64,000 nucleotides of DNA from Candidatus Aegiribacteria sp. (GTDB lineage Bacteria; Fermentibacterota; Fermentibacteria; Fermentibacterales; JCC-6), in assembly GCA_021108005.1 (NCBI GenBank), contig JAIORS010000154.1, positions 7,643-71,642 of the forward strand, given 5' to 3'. Each line of letters starts with the position of its first letter. Within the stretch, counting starts at the first letter, position 1. A model generated the notes under the pieces. The model ran no database searches. It was given only the letters and a program-made list of their open reading frames with translations, and was not told the origin of the DNA. A program made the translations under genes and the position numbers. This document shows, one piece after another, positions 1 to 9,004 of the stretch.

Positions 1-922
1 ATCCTGCTCTTCGCAGAAGCCAGAGAAGAAGAACCGTTCTATCTCTGCATACACCTGAGCGTTCTTCCAGTGTTTCAACAGGATTTCGCGGGGAATAGCC
101 CGGATCATCTCCCCAGTCGCCACTGAGGTATTCGATTTGCTCTGAAACCCAGCCGCAGAGATCTTCCGGTCTGTTTCCAGCGGTTGCAATGATTGAATCT
201 GCCAGAACTGAGTAATCAACCATGCAGTTTCCGTCCAGAACAGGAAAAAGCCCACTGCTTACTTCTTCGGGAAGGTGGCTTGCCACGTTGACAAAGGGGC
301 TTAAAGCGGCAGCATCGCGGGAGAAAGGCAAATTCGGAACCGGATCACATGGACCGGATTCCCATACCATGCATTCCGTTCGGTCATCAAGGGAATATGC
401 CTGTTCTTCGAAATTCCCTTCGGACATTATGTATATTTCGCGAGAGGAAGGCCATAATACCTTGAAAGTACCGTGGTGAATACTGTCCCTTGAGGCTGCA
501 TGGAAGGTGTAAGAGTAGAAGTCAGCCATTGGAAGGTGTTCGATATTCCGGATGATTTCAACCTTCAGTGTATCACCAATCTCGATGCCCGGAAACGCAA
601 TTGAAACTTCCCTTAGAGAACTCTCCAGTCTTCCGCCTGATAGAAGCGAGCTGTGCGGGTCTTCCCTTATTATTGCGCTTTCATCCCTCCTTCCAGACCG
701 CCAGTGGCTGATGGAAGCGGTGACTTCAAGTGATTCCCATGTATTCCGATAGGAGGCGGATATTTCACTGTAACGCCGTACACCTCTAGCGTTTAGGGGA
801 ATTACAACTTCGTTTGTGATTTCAATGTAACCCGAGTCGGGAGAGGAACAGTCAATCGTTACATGATGTTCAAGGTAGACTGCATCGGGCGCTGAAATGA
901 TCAGGAGAAGAAAAAGGGTCAA
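1..922 (-). CDS. DUF3857 + transglutaminase-like domain protein (partial, runs off window start)
   Basis: Not in the ORF track because there is no stop in the window. Read manually from TTG at 922 (GGGGGA 8 nt upstream): (M)TLFLLLIISAPDAVYLEHHVTID...IAFPGIEIGDTL...GYSPRNPVETLEERSGVCRDRTVLLLWLLRRAG. It has a signal-like N-terminus, the DUF3857-type 'FPGxExGD' and the transglutaminase G-x-C-x-D motif. Confidence 0.75.
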   Translation of the reverse strand, partial: MTLFLLLIISAPDAVYLEHHVTIDCSSPDSGYIEITNEVVIPLNARGVRRYSEISASYRNTWESLEVTASISHWRSGRRDESAIIREDPHSSLLSGGRLESSLREVSIAFPGIEIGDTLKVEIIRNIEHLPMADFYSYTFHAASRDSIHHGTFKVLWPSSREIYIMSEGNFEEQAYSLDDRTECMVWESGPCDPVPNLPFSRDAAALSPFVNVASHLPEEVSSGLFPVLDGNCMVDYSVLADSIIATAGNRPEDLCGWVSEQIEYLSGDWGDDPGYSPRNPVETLEERSGVCRDRTVLLLWLLRRAG

Positions 923-924
923 TA

Positions 925-1677
925 TCAGATTCCCCCGTCTGTCAGCTCCAGATCGGGTGGGATAGCGCTGGAAGTCCTGTTGGAATCCAGAAGGGTAAGG
1001 CTGACCATTGTTTTACTGAGAGCGTCAACATCCGAATCCAAAGGATCAACAACAGGTAGAGAACGGTATCTGTCGTAGGCGAACACCCTTCCAGGTTCAA
1101 TATGCCTGAAGGATATATCGGCTGCGAAACGGGCCATCTTCGTCCATTTCATACCTGCTATTTCATCGTACTCAACCTCCGGTACGTTGATATTCAGAAC
1201 TGTTCCTTCCGGTATTTTTTCAGCAATTCCTTGTTTCATAAGTGATTTTAGAACGGAAGATGCTGTTCTGAAGAAGGGATTCGGGTTGTTTGAGGTTACC
1301 CGAACACTGATGGCAATGGAAGGAATATCCCATAGCGCGGCTTCTGTAGCGGCAGCAACTGTTCCGGAGTAGAAGATGTTATTCGCAAGATTCGCGCCGG
1401 GATTGATTCCTGAAATAAGAAGATCCGGCGGATCGTCCTTCATTACTTCCATCAGAGAAATCTTAACGCAGTCGGTAGGAGTTCCTTCAAGAGCCCATTT
1501 ACGAAAACCTTCCTCTCTCAGTTCCATTGAGGAGTAAAGACCCAGTGCATGGCTTGTGCCACTGCAGTGGTGAAGTGGAGCCACGACCCAGATCTCGTGA
1601 TCATCCTTCAGCAGATTTTCAAGCTCAAGTAGACCGGGTTGATCGTAACCGTCGTCGTTCGTAAGAAGTATTCTCAT
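925..1677 (-). CDS. surE: 5'/3'-nucleotidase SurE
   Basis: MRILLTNDDG, GTPTDCV, SGINPGANL, YSGTVAAA motifs; start moved to ATG 1677 (the track ORF extends into the upstream gene). Confidence 0.95.
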   Translation of the reverse strand: MRILLTNDDGYDQPGLLELENLLKDDHEIWVVAPLHHCSGTSHALGLYSSMELREEGFRKWALEGTPTDCVKISLMEVMKDDPPDLLISGINPGANLANNIFYSGTVAAATEAALWDIPSIAISVRVTSNNPNPFFRTASSVLKSLMKQGIAEKIPEGTVLNINVPEVEYDEIAGMKWTKMARFAADISFRHIEPGRVFAYDRYRSLPVVDPLDSDVDALSKTMVSLTLLDSNRTSSAIPPDLELTDGGI

Positions 1678-1681
1678 TCCG

Positions 1682-2584
1682 TTACAGAGACTTCTGAAGG
1701 GTGAAGCGGTGTACAGTGCCCAGTGAGTAATCGGTAGGAACGTAAGCGTAGTCAAGCGTCCAGCTTCCGGCGGAGAGACCGATGCCCGATGTAAAGTCTC
1801 TTGAATCGTCGAGGAATCTCATTCCGAAGCGCAATTTCAACCATCTCTGCGGAGTGTATTCAATTCCGCTGCCGGCTGAGAGCGTGTTATCCAGAGGTTT
1901 TGATATTTCCGATGTTACAGCCGCATGACCGAATGGCAAACGAAAACAGTACCTGCCGCCAAGTCTCCAGGTGGCGGGAAGACGGAAATCCTGTTCAACC
2001 ATTGTGATGGAAGGCCCTATATGCTGCAGTACGGCGGCCAGATCAAGACCATTTGCAGGATGTATGACGACACCTGCGTCAAAAGCAATTCCTGTGGCGC
2101 TTTCCATCCATATCTTTTCACGGAGGAGTTTCATGCCGATACCGAGGTCGAACATTCCCAGTCTGACAGCGGCAGCCGCATGAAAAGAAATATCCCATGA
2201 GGAAAATGTTGTGATTGGTTCGGAGGAGGCTTCCTCCCGCATTTCAAGGTTTCCAACGTATACGAATCGGGTTCCAAGAGAACAATATACGCGATCAAGG
2301 TTGAAATTCCATGAAAGAAAGCTCTGTGTCGCGTCCCCAAGCCACTGGTTATGACCGGCAGTTATACAACCAGTGTCCATTGACGCAAGCATGGCAGGAT
2401 TCGTAAAACCAGCAAGGCTTCCGCTGTTAAGGAGGCCTGTTCCGCCGAGAGCTGCCGCCCTTGCGCCGGGGTCTATTTTTAGGAAGCTGAAAGCTCCCGC
2501 ACCGGCGTCGCGGTAGACATCATCGGATGAAAAGGCCGGGAACACCAGAAAAAACACAACTGCAGCAAATAATATTGATTTCAT
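1682..2584 (-). CDS. PorV/PorQ (UPF0164) family outer-membrane beta-barrel protein
   Basis: Signal peptide; FSFLKIDPGARAAALGG and NPA motifs; C-terminal 'LDYAY...LGTVHRFTL' beta-strands. Confidence 0.8.
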   Translation of the reverse strand: MKSILFAAVVFFLVFPAFSSDDVYRDAGAGAFSFLKIDPGARAAALGGTGLLNSGSLAGFTNPAMLASMDTGCITAGHNQWLGDATQSFLSWNFNLDRVYCSLGTRFVYVGNLEMREEASSEPITTFSSWDISFHAAAAVRLGMFDLGIGMKLLREKIWMESATGIAFDAGVVIHPANGLDLAAVLQHIGPSITMVEQDFRLPATWRLGGRYCFRLPFGHAAVTSEISKPLDNTLSAGSGIEYTPQRWLKLRFGMRFLDDSRDFTSGIGLSAGSWTLDYAYVPTDYSLGTVHRFTLQKSL

Positions 2585-2696
2585 TTATCACCATTCTGAA
2601 TTAGCCGTTCAGTGTATTATTGTTATCTAGCTTCTACCGCGCAAATTGACAATAGTTCCAGTTTCGAAGAGGAAAATATAGGAACCGGAGGCACAC

Positions 2697-3503
2697 TTGA
2701 AGGCTGCACATTTCTCTACCGGTAAACATGAAGGGGCCTGGAACATGGCATTCGACAGGTTGCTTATGGAGCTTGTCAGGGAAAACAGGTGGGATTTTGT
2801 TCTAAGAACCTACGGATGGGATCCTGCATGCGTTTCGATCGGCAAGCTTCAGTCAGTCCGTCGCGAGATTGATTCGGAGAAGCTTTTTGGCGACGGTTTC
2901 GGATTGGTGCGAAGACCAACAGGTGGCAGAGCGGTATGGCATGAAACGGAATTGACCTACAGTATAGTTGCCAGATTGGATCATCCGATGGTGTCAGGTT
3001 CCATAAGCGAAGCACTTAAGAAAACAGCCGCGCCTATGGTAAATGCCATGAATTCCCTTGGAATAGAAGTCGCTGTAAGTCCCCTTGAAGAGCACCGGGC
3101 GGGCGGCCCGAGAACCGCAAGTAATCCATGCTTTACTTCACATGGTAAATGGGAAGTCGGAACCACTGACGGAAGGAAACTGGTTGGCAGCGCACAGGCT
3201 CGAAGCCGTGGAGTATTCCTTGAGCATGGTTCCATCCTTTTTGAAAATGACCAGCTGAAGATGCTGAAGTATCTTCCTAAGGATACTCCGCAGCGGTTGA
3301 AAGAGATCATCAGGCATCACCTTACAAACGGTATAGCCTGTATACACGAGTTCAAACCAAACCTCGAAACTGCTGATATGGAAAACGCCCTTCACGATTC
3401 ATTCAAAGCGATACTGCCGGTAGATCTCGAATATCTGTTCTGCGAACAGTTCGAGGAAAAACGTTTGAGCGAACTTGAATGCGAGTGCGTAAATGACTTA
3501 TAA
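2697..3503 (+). CDS. lipM: Lipoate-protein ligase family, LipM-type octanoyltransferase
   Basis: NMAFD, RRPTGGRAVWH, NPCF (Cys), GRKLVGSAQ, EHGSI; TTG start with GGAGG; adjacent to lipA. Confidence 0.8.
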   Translation: MKAAHFSTGKHEGAWNMAFDRLLMELVRENRWDFVLRTYGWDPACVSIGKLQSVRREIDSEKLFGDGFGLVRRPTGGRAVWHETELTYSIVARLDHPMVSGSISEALKKTAAPMVNAMNSLGIEVAVSPLEEHRAGGPRTASNPCFTSHGKWEVGTTDGRKLVGSAQARSRGVFLEHGSILFENDQLKMLKYLPKDTPQRLKEIIRHHLTNGIACIHEFKPNLETADMENALHDSFKAILPVDLEYLFCEQFEEKRLSELECECVNDL

Positions 3504-4374
3504 AAAGAAACCCTCATGGCTCAAAATGCCATCGCGAGGATCGGAAGAGGCAGCTGAAGTAAGATCGATCCTTAGAAAATACAATCTTAATACCGTTTGC
3601 AGACAGGCGAAGTGCCCGAATCTGGGGCATTGCTTTCAGCGTGGAACCGCGACTTTCCTGATTCTTGGTAATCTTTGTACCAGATCGTGCCGGTACTGTG
3701 CGATTGAGCATAACGAAGGCATTCTTGATCCGCCCGATGCCGGTGAGCCAGACAGGATTGCCGAGGCTTCAGCGGAAATGAACCTCAGGTACGTTGTAAT
3801 TACATCGGTGACAAGGGACGATCTGCAGGATGGCGGAGCAGACCATTTCGGGAAAACCGTTGAAGCTGTAAGAAAAAAAATCCCTGGAGTGCGGATAGAG
3901 GTTCTCACCCCGGATTTTCTGGGAAGCGAAGATGCTCTCAGGACAATTGCGAATTCAAAACCGGATGTGTTCAATCACAACCTGGAAACCGTTGAGCGCC
4001 TGTTTCCCGATGTAAGGCCCGAAGCATCCTACGGAATGTCACTTGACTTGATTGAACTCTACGGCAGGCTTTCTCCGGATACCCCCCGCAAAAGCGGACT
4101 GATGCTGGGATTGGGAGAAAAGGAGAGGGAAATCAGGATTGCCCTTCAGGATCTCAGGAAAAGAGGTGTTACGATGCTTACTCTCGGGCAGTACCTGCAG
4201 CCTTCGCGGATGCACTGGCCCGTTGACAGTTACCTGACGCCGGATGAATTCAGCTCATGGAAAGATGAAGCTCTGAGAATGGGTTTTGTTTCGGTTGCGT
4301 CCGGACCACTTGTGAGAAGTTCTTTCCATGCTGATGAAAGCTTTCCCGCATCGGGTGCCGGGCCTGATATCTAA
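3493..4374 (+). CDS. lipA: Lipoyl synthase
   Basis: CRQAKCPNLGHC auxiliary cluster motif, CTRSCRYC radical-SAM motif, HNLETV, PLVRSS. Confidence 0.97.
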   Translation: MTYKKKPSWLKMPSRGSEEAAEVRSILRKYNLNTVCRQAKCPNLGHCFQRGTATFLILGNLCTRSCRYCAIEHNEGILDPPDAGEPDRIAEASAEMNLRYVVITSVTRDDLQDGGADHFGKTVEAVRKKIPGVRIEVLTPDFLGSEDALRTIANSKPDVFNHNLETVERLFPDVRPEASYGMSLDLIELYGRLSPDTPRKSGLMLGLGEKEREIRIALQDLRKRGVTMLTLGQYLQPSRMHWPVDSYLTPDEFSSWKDEALRMGFVSVASGPLVRSSFHADESFPASGAGPDI

Positions 4375-4537
4375 ACATTTTTATTGTTACAAAAGTAACT
4401 AATGTTTAGATATCAGGCCCGGCACCTGACATCATGTTATCGATATATCTATTTGATTGCATTGATGTTAAGCTTTTTGTTAATCTAATTTCTTGTAGAT
4501 ATATCAGTTTAAATGTTTAGATGTTAGGCCCGGCACC
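4354..4537. repeat. Nested inverted-repeat element (REP/MITE-like) between convergent genes
   Basis: GGTGCCGGGCCTGATATCTAAACATT (4354-4379) is the exact reverse complement of 4401-4426. A third copy at 4511-4537 matches the left arm over 27 bp with 2 mismatches. Inner inverted repeats: GTTAC-AAAA-GTAAC and GATATATCTA/TAGATATATC. Confidence 0.85.
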
Positions 4538-5077
4538 TTATTCGAGTTTGTAGCTTCTTATTGAATGCACCGATTCACGGTCGAAGGTTAGAAGGCCGAT
4601 TTCTTTTATCCATCCCTTTATTGGAAGATCGATTATATCCATGCAGGTATTAATCGCTTCCTGTACTTTTTCCGGCGGAAGCCCAAGGGTAAGTGAGCAG
4701 TGAGGTACCCAGGAGCCCGGTCTGTAGAGCCACTCAGAGAACTCCTTCATTTCGTTAAATATCCTGTACAGCTGATCGTGTACGATTATGAGTGACGGCG
4801 TGAAAACCGGACCGAGAAACACCGTTCCGCTTTCAGCCCCGAAAGTTGCTATAGAGGAGAAGGTGACCGGAAATGATCGGTGGGTTCTGGCAAAATCCTC
4901 AAGGTCATCGAGTATGAAGTCAGGTTCGAGTTCTTCCCATATCGCCAGTGTCAGATGCGGCTTCCCGCCGGACCGAAGAAGAGGTGATGAGAATCCTCTG
5001 GTTCGCAGGATGCTCCATGTCCTTCTAACGGCGCTTTCGGTTTCTTTGTCAAGGAAAAGACATACGTCACATGCCAT
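4538..5077 (-). CDS. 2H phosphoesterase (2'-5' RNA ligase family) protein
   Basis: Two HxT/S motifs: PHLTL and PHCSL. Confidence 0.85.
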   Translation of the reverse strand: MACDVCLFLDKETESAVRRTWSILRTRGFSSPLLRSGGKPHLTLAIWEELEPDFILDDLEDFARTHRSFPVTFSSIATFGAESGTVFLGPVFTPSLIIVHDQLYRIFNEMKEFSEWLYRPGSWVPHCSLTLGLPPEKVQEAINTCMDIIDLPIKGWIKEIGLLTFDRESVHSIRSYKLE

Positions 5078-5132
5078 TGTATTTCACTACCCTCAATTTT
5101 TCGATAATTGCCCTGCCGGTCATTCACTGAAT

Positions 5133-6134
5133 ATGTTTGCCTTCATGGGAAACAATGCTTTAACTGAATATACGCACGGAGTGGTCCTTGCGCCGATGGC
5201 CGGTTCCACCGATTCGGCGTTCAGGCGGATATGCCGCCGCATGGGGGCTACAGCGGTAGTGACTGAAATGGTCGCGGCCGCGGGATTATCAAGAAAATCG
5301 GTTAAATCACACAAGCTCCTTAATTTTCACGAAGAAGAAAAACCAATAGGGGTACAGCTTTTCGGGAGCAGACCCGGAGATTTTGAGGAGGCAAGCGAGA
5401 TCGTCTCGGGGCTGGGTTTTGATTTTATAGATATCAATGCCGGCTGTCCGATGAAAAAAGTAGTCAGAAATGGTTCGGGTTCAGCACTTCTAAGAGATAT
5501 TCCAACTCTGACCGCCATTGTAAGGGCTGTTTCATCGCGCACATCACTGCCTGTAACTGTGAAGATCCGCACCGGCTGGTCACCGGCGGAACCCGTTCCG
5601 GACAGTCTGCCTCGCATAATTGCTGATGATGGTGCTGCCGCTATTGCTGTTCATGGCAGGTACAGAACGGATATGTTCTCAGGAGAGGTAAGAAAATCGG
5701 AGATCGAGAGGATTGTCCGTAACTCGCCTGTTCCGGTTATCGCCAACGGTGATTCAGGAAATGTCTCCGATGCTCTTGACCTCAAAAATTCAACCGGGGC
5801 AGCGGGGTTGATGATTGGCAGAGGAGCTCTGGGCAATCCCTGGATATTCAGGGGACTTACAGGGAGTCCTGAAGATGCCTCTCCCCTTCAAGGGGAGGTC
5901 GTATCCGTAATACTGCAGCAGTACGAGATGATGAGCGAGTACATTCCGGAGTATCACCTTTACCATATTCTGAGGGGGCAGCTTCTGCACTACATTAAAG
6001 GTTTCAGAGGTGCTTCTGAACTTCGCAGAAAAGCGGTAGGGGTGGATTCCAGGGATGATTTGTCAGATATTCTGCATGAACTTGGGGAACTGCTTAACAT
6101 TGAAAGGCAGAAGCGAAATGATCAAAGCAGCTGA
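5133..6134 (+). CDS. dusB: tRNA-dihydrouridine synthase (DusB-like)
   Basis: LAPMAG, QLFG, DINAGCP, GSGSALL, TVKIRTG, HGR, ANGD, MIGRGALGNPWIF; start ATG 5133 or 5145 (the 4788 start in the track overlaps the opposite-strand gene). Confidence 0.92.
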   Translation: MFAFMGNNALTEYTHGVVLAPMAGSTDSAFRRICRRMGATAVVTEMVAAAGLSRKSVKSHKLLNFHEEEKPIGVQLFGSRPGDFEEASEIVSGLGFDFIDINAGCPMKKVVRNGSGSALLRDIPTLTAIVRAVSSRTSLPVTVKIRTGWSPAEPVPDSLPRIIADDGAAAIAVHGRYRTDMFSGEVRKSEIERIVRNSPVPVIANGDSGNVSDALDLKNSTGAAGLMIGRGALGNPWIFRGLTGSPEDASPLQGEVVSVILQQYEMMSEYIPEYHLYHILRGQLLHYIKGFRGASELRRKAVGVDSRDDLSDILHELGELLNIERQKRNDQSS

Positions 6135-6873
6135 AGTTCTTATTGTACTACATGTAATTCTGGCTTTATCCTGTGGAGTTTCAGAATCCGTTATTCTTCC
6201 TGATAATACTCAATTCATGGCTGATGAGCGCTGCACATATACATGGCAGGATAACGACGGATGGGCTTTCATGGCTTGGGCGATAGATATTGAAGGTGGA
6301 GCCGAGATACTTGCGATACAGTCAGGTTATGCTCCTTCAGAGAGACCGGAGACTGGAGAGGAAATAACATTGCCCATTCCGGAAGAGCTTTCCGAAGCCC
6401 TTGAGAACCGCCTTGAATCCGCACGAATGGTAAGGGAAGCAACCGTTGTAATTGAAACGGGAGATACGGCGCTGGTCAGGAATCTTCTTGAGGAGGCAAT
6501 TGAAGAGGATCCTTCATGGTCTATTCCTGCTTATAACCTGTCTCTTATCCTACTAAGACAGGAAGGTCCCGGAGCTGTTCTTGAGCTGCTTCAGCCCATT
6601 GCCTATAAGTACGATGCGGCACTGATCCAATCGGAGATCTTCTGGAACAGCGGAGATTCTGATAAAGCGCTGAGACAGCTTGAGATATGCCTTATGGATG
6701 AATCTCCTCCCTTCGAAGTACTTGCGGCAGCTGCCCTGATTTACACAGTCACAGGTAATTTTTACCAGGCTTCTGGAATCTGGGGGGAGATACTTGCCAG
6801 TCCTGAAGCTGACTCATCAATCAGGCTCATGGCTGCAAAGTATGCTATTATTTACGAGCGGCGTAACAGATAA
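6118..6873 (+). CDS. Putative lipoprotein/exported protein with possible LysM-like segment and TPR-like helices
   Basis: Hydrophobic N-terminus ending in LSC; 'GAEILAIQSG...PETGEEITLP' weakly LysM-like; alanine/leucine-rich helical repeats. Confidence 0.55.
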   Translation: MIKAAEVLIVLHVILALSCGVSESVILPDNTQFMADERCTYTWQDNDGWAFMAWAIDIEGGAEILAIQSGYAPSERPETGEEITLPIPEELSEALENRLESARMVREATVVIETGDTALVRNLLEEAIEEDPSWSIPAYNLSLILLRQEGPGAVLELLQPIAYKYDAALIQSEIFWNSGDSDKALRQLEICLMDESPPFEVLAAAALIYTVTGNFYQASGIWGEILASPEADSSIRLMAAKYAIIYERRNR

Positions 6874-6884
6874 TTAACCGTTAT

Positions 6885-7232
6885 CTAAAAGACATCGATG
6901 AAAGCCATTTCGGTACCGTAGAAATACTGTGTTTCACCAATTGTGCTTACGATTTTCACATCCAGCATTGAATCATCGTTGTAATCGTTTATTTCAATGA
7001 TATCAGGTATCCAGTTGATTCGGAATACACTTTCTCTTATAGCATATCCGGGCTCCTGCATCGATATTACGAGTTCTTTCATTTGATTGGAATCGAGTAC
7101 AACTATCTTAACCAAGGTTCCGTCTATTTCCATTTCTTCGGTGAAAATAACTCTGTTTATCGCACAGGAAAAAACCTGAAAGCTTAGAAGAGATAAGATA
7201 ATCGCGACGCAGAATATAGAGTTGCAATTCAT
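6885..7232 (-). CDS. Hypothetical exported protein
   Basis: 115-aa ORF with hydrophobic N-terminus, filling the gap between genes; no family recognised. Confidence 0.55.
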   Translation of the reverse strand: MNCNSIFCVAIILSLLSFQVFSCAINRVIFTEEMEIDGTLVKIVVLDSNQMKELVISMQEPGYAIRESVFRINWIPDIIEINDYNDDSMLDVKIVSTIGETQYFYGTEMAFIDVF

Positions 7233-7296
7233 AGTATTTCCAGAGTGTTTGAGTATTTCTGATTAAGATTATTTAGCAAACGGTATATAATGCTTC

Positions 7297-8040
7297 TTAT
7301 CCGGATGTAGCAACCGCTATCAATCTTCCCGATTCCGAATCGTACGGTCCTCCTTCAAGGTTACCGTAAATCTCTACATTCGAAAACCCGGCTTCTTCAA
7401 GCATGCTTTTAAGCTCTGTTGCGCTGTATATCCAGTGTGAAAATTTCCACCTTCCGAGAATTCTCTCATTTTCAATCAGAAGCCAGTCATTTTCAATTCG
7501 ATTCCAGCCATCAACGATTCTGTGTCTCTGGATAAGCAGCAGACCTTCATCCGTTTCCTCAACTGTTACCGGATGGAAAATGGAGGCAAGTGTTTCTTTG
7601 CCCATTATTTCTATTACGAGTACTCCATCCCGCCGCAGGGATTCGTTCAAATTCAGAAGGACTTTCATATTATCGGAATGTTTTTCGAAGTAACCAAACG
7701 ATGTGAACATGTTCAGTGCAAGGTCGTAAACTCCTGGTCTACGGAATACCCGCATATCTTCATGTATCAGTTCGACATCGATTTCTTCAAGTAAAGCCCT
7801 GTTCCGGGCAATGTCCAGCAGAAAAGCAGTTGAGTCAACTCCTGTGACACTGAATCCCATTCTTGCAAGTGGAACGGAGAACCTTCCAGGACCGCAGCAC
7901 AAATCGAGAATGTGCCCTTCGTTTATTCCAGACAGGTTAAGAACTGAAGGAATATCCTGCTCAGCCTTATCTATCCTGGTTTCGGGGAACATGAAAGGAA
8001 AGGTCAGTTCCCAGAAATCACTTTGTTCGAACCATTTCAT
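7297..8040 (-). CDS. Class I SAM-dependent methyltransferase
   Basis: ILDLCCGPGR motif I, GVD, DMR, FTSFGYF; ATG 8040 with AGGAG and TAATG overlap with the upstream gene. Confidence 0.9.
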   Translation of the reverse strand: MKWFEQSDFWELTFPFMFPETRIDKAEQDIPSVLNLSGINEGHILDLCCGPGRFSVPLARMGFSVTGVDSTAFLLDIARNRALLEEIDVELIHEDMRVFRRPGVYDLALNMFTSFGYFEKHSDNMKVLLNLNESLRRDGVLVIEIMGKETLASIFHPVTVEETDEGLLLIQRHRIVDGWNRIENDWLLIENERILGRWKFSHWIYSATELKSMLEEAGFSNVEIYGNLEGGPYDSESGRLIAVATSG

Positions 8041-8489
8041 TATTGCTCCTGAATTAAGGGATTGCATCTTCGGCAGAAATTACAGATACCTGTCCTTCTG
8101 GAGCCCGGGCTGCCCCAGGTATACCATGCATCGATTATCTCAACAGTAAGGAAAACAGGATCCAGTTCAATGTAACCGCAATGTCCGACCATCACCAAAG
8201 TGGAAGGGAGATCGGAATATTCACCACACAGCAGGGCTATTTCCTGATAGCCGGATTTATCCGGTGATATCACATAAAGATCAAGAGAAGCCACTGCAGG
8301 AAGACTGTCCATGGATGAGAGAATGAGTTCCGCCATCTGAAGATTGGATGTAGAATCATCTCCCGTTACAAGCAGGAGGCCAAACCTTGCAGGTGTTGCT
8401 GTATTATCAAGATCGATGAAACCCTCTACTGGTATAAACTGCTCCGGTATAAAAGCGGCTGATGCGAGAATAATAAATACAACTGTCAT
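8040..8489 (-). CDS. Hypothetical exported protein with C-terminal CxxCxxC
   Basis: Signal-like N-terminus; ends GICNFCRRCNP; translationally coupled on both sides. Confidence 0.6.
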   Translation of the reverse strand: MTVVFIILASAAFIPEQFIPVEGFIDLDNTATPARFGLLLVTGDDSTSNLQMAELILSSMDSLPAVASLDLYVISPDKSGYQEIALLCGEYSDLPSTLVMVGHCGYIELDPVFLTVEIIDAWYTWGSPGSRRTGICNFCRRCNPLIQEQ

Positions 8490-9004
8490 TCCATGAACCT
8501 TCCCACTGATACTATTCTGTTTGAGTAATATTCTTTTGAGAGTGACTCCCGTACAACTCCCCGGCTGGAAGAAGCATGGGCGAAGAAACCGTTGCCGATG
8601 TAGATCCCCACATGAGAAATGCCGGATCCGGATGTGTTGAAAAATATGAGGTCGCCGAACTTGAGAATCGAGGGATTAATGGTTTCTGCAGCGGCGGCCT
8701 GCTGGCTGGCGGTACGTGGAATTGTAATGTCTATGGAACTGTAGACTGCCTGCGTAAAAGCTGAGCAGTCAACACCTGAACGGTTCTCACCACCGTACAG
8801 GTAAGGTGTTCCCATCCATGAGTCTATTTCGTTCATCATCTTGTTATCGGTTGAGGTCCTGGGACTTCCCCCTGTGGAGGCAATTTCGGACCAGTCTCCG
8901 CCAGAACAATGTATGCCATCTCCCCTGTATACAGGAGTTGAACCGCAGGATGCAAACATCAGAACAGAAAACAGTGAAATCAGAGAATACAGTGTATTTT
9001 TCAT
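8486..9004 (-). CDS. NlpC/P60 family lipoprotein (cell-wall endopeptidase)
   Basis: Lipobox FASC; GTPYLYGG, GVDCSAF (catalytic Cys), GDLIFF, HVGIY, HAS; ATGA overlap with nadB. Confidence 0.93.
   Translation of the reverse strand: MKNTLYSLISLFSVLMFASCGSTPVYRGDGIHCSGGDWSEIASTGGSPRTSTDNKMMNEIDSWMGTPYLYGGENRSGVDCSAFTQAVYSSIDITIPRTASQQAAAAETINPSILKFGDLIFFNTSGSGISHVGIYIGNGFFAHASSSRGVVRESLSKEYYSNRIVSVGRFME

Noticed and set aside
2646-2690. TTGACA upstream of lipM as a sigma70 promoter
   Set aside because: No -10 hexamer at 16-18 bp spacing
4788-5132. N-terminal extension of the dusB ORF in the track
   Set aside because: It overlaps the opposite-strand 2H gene; the Dus motifs begin only after 5133
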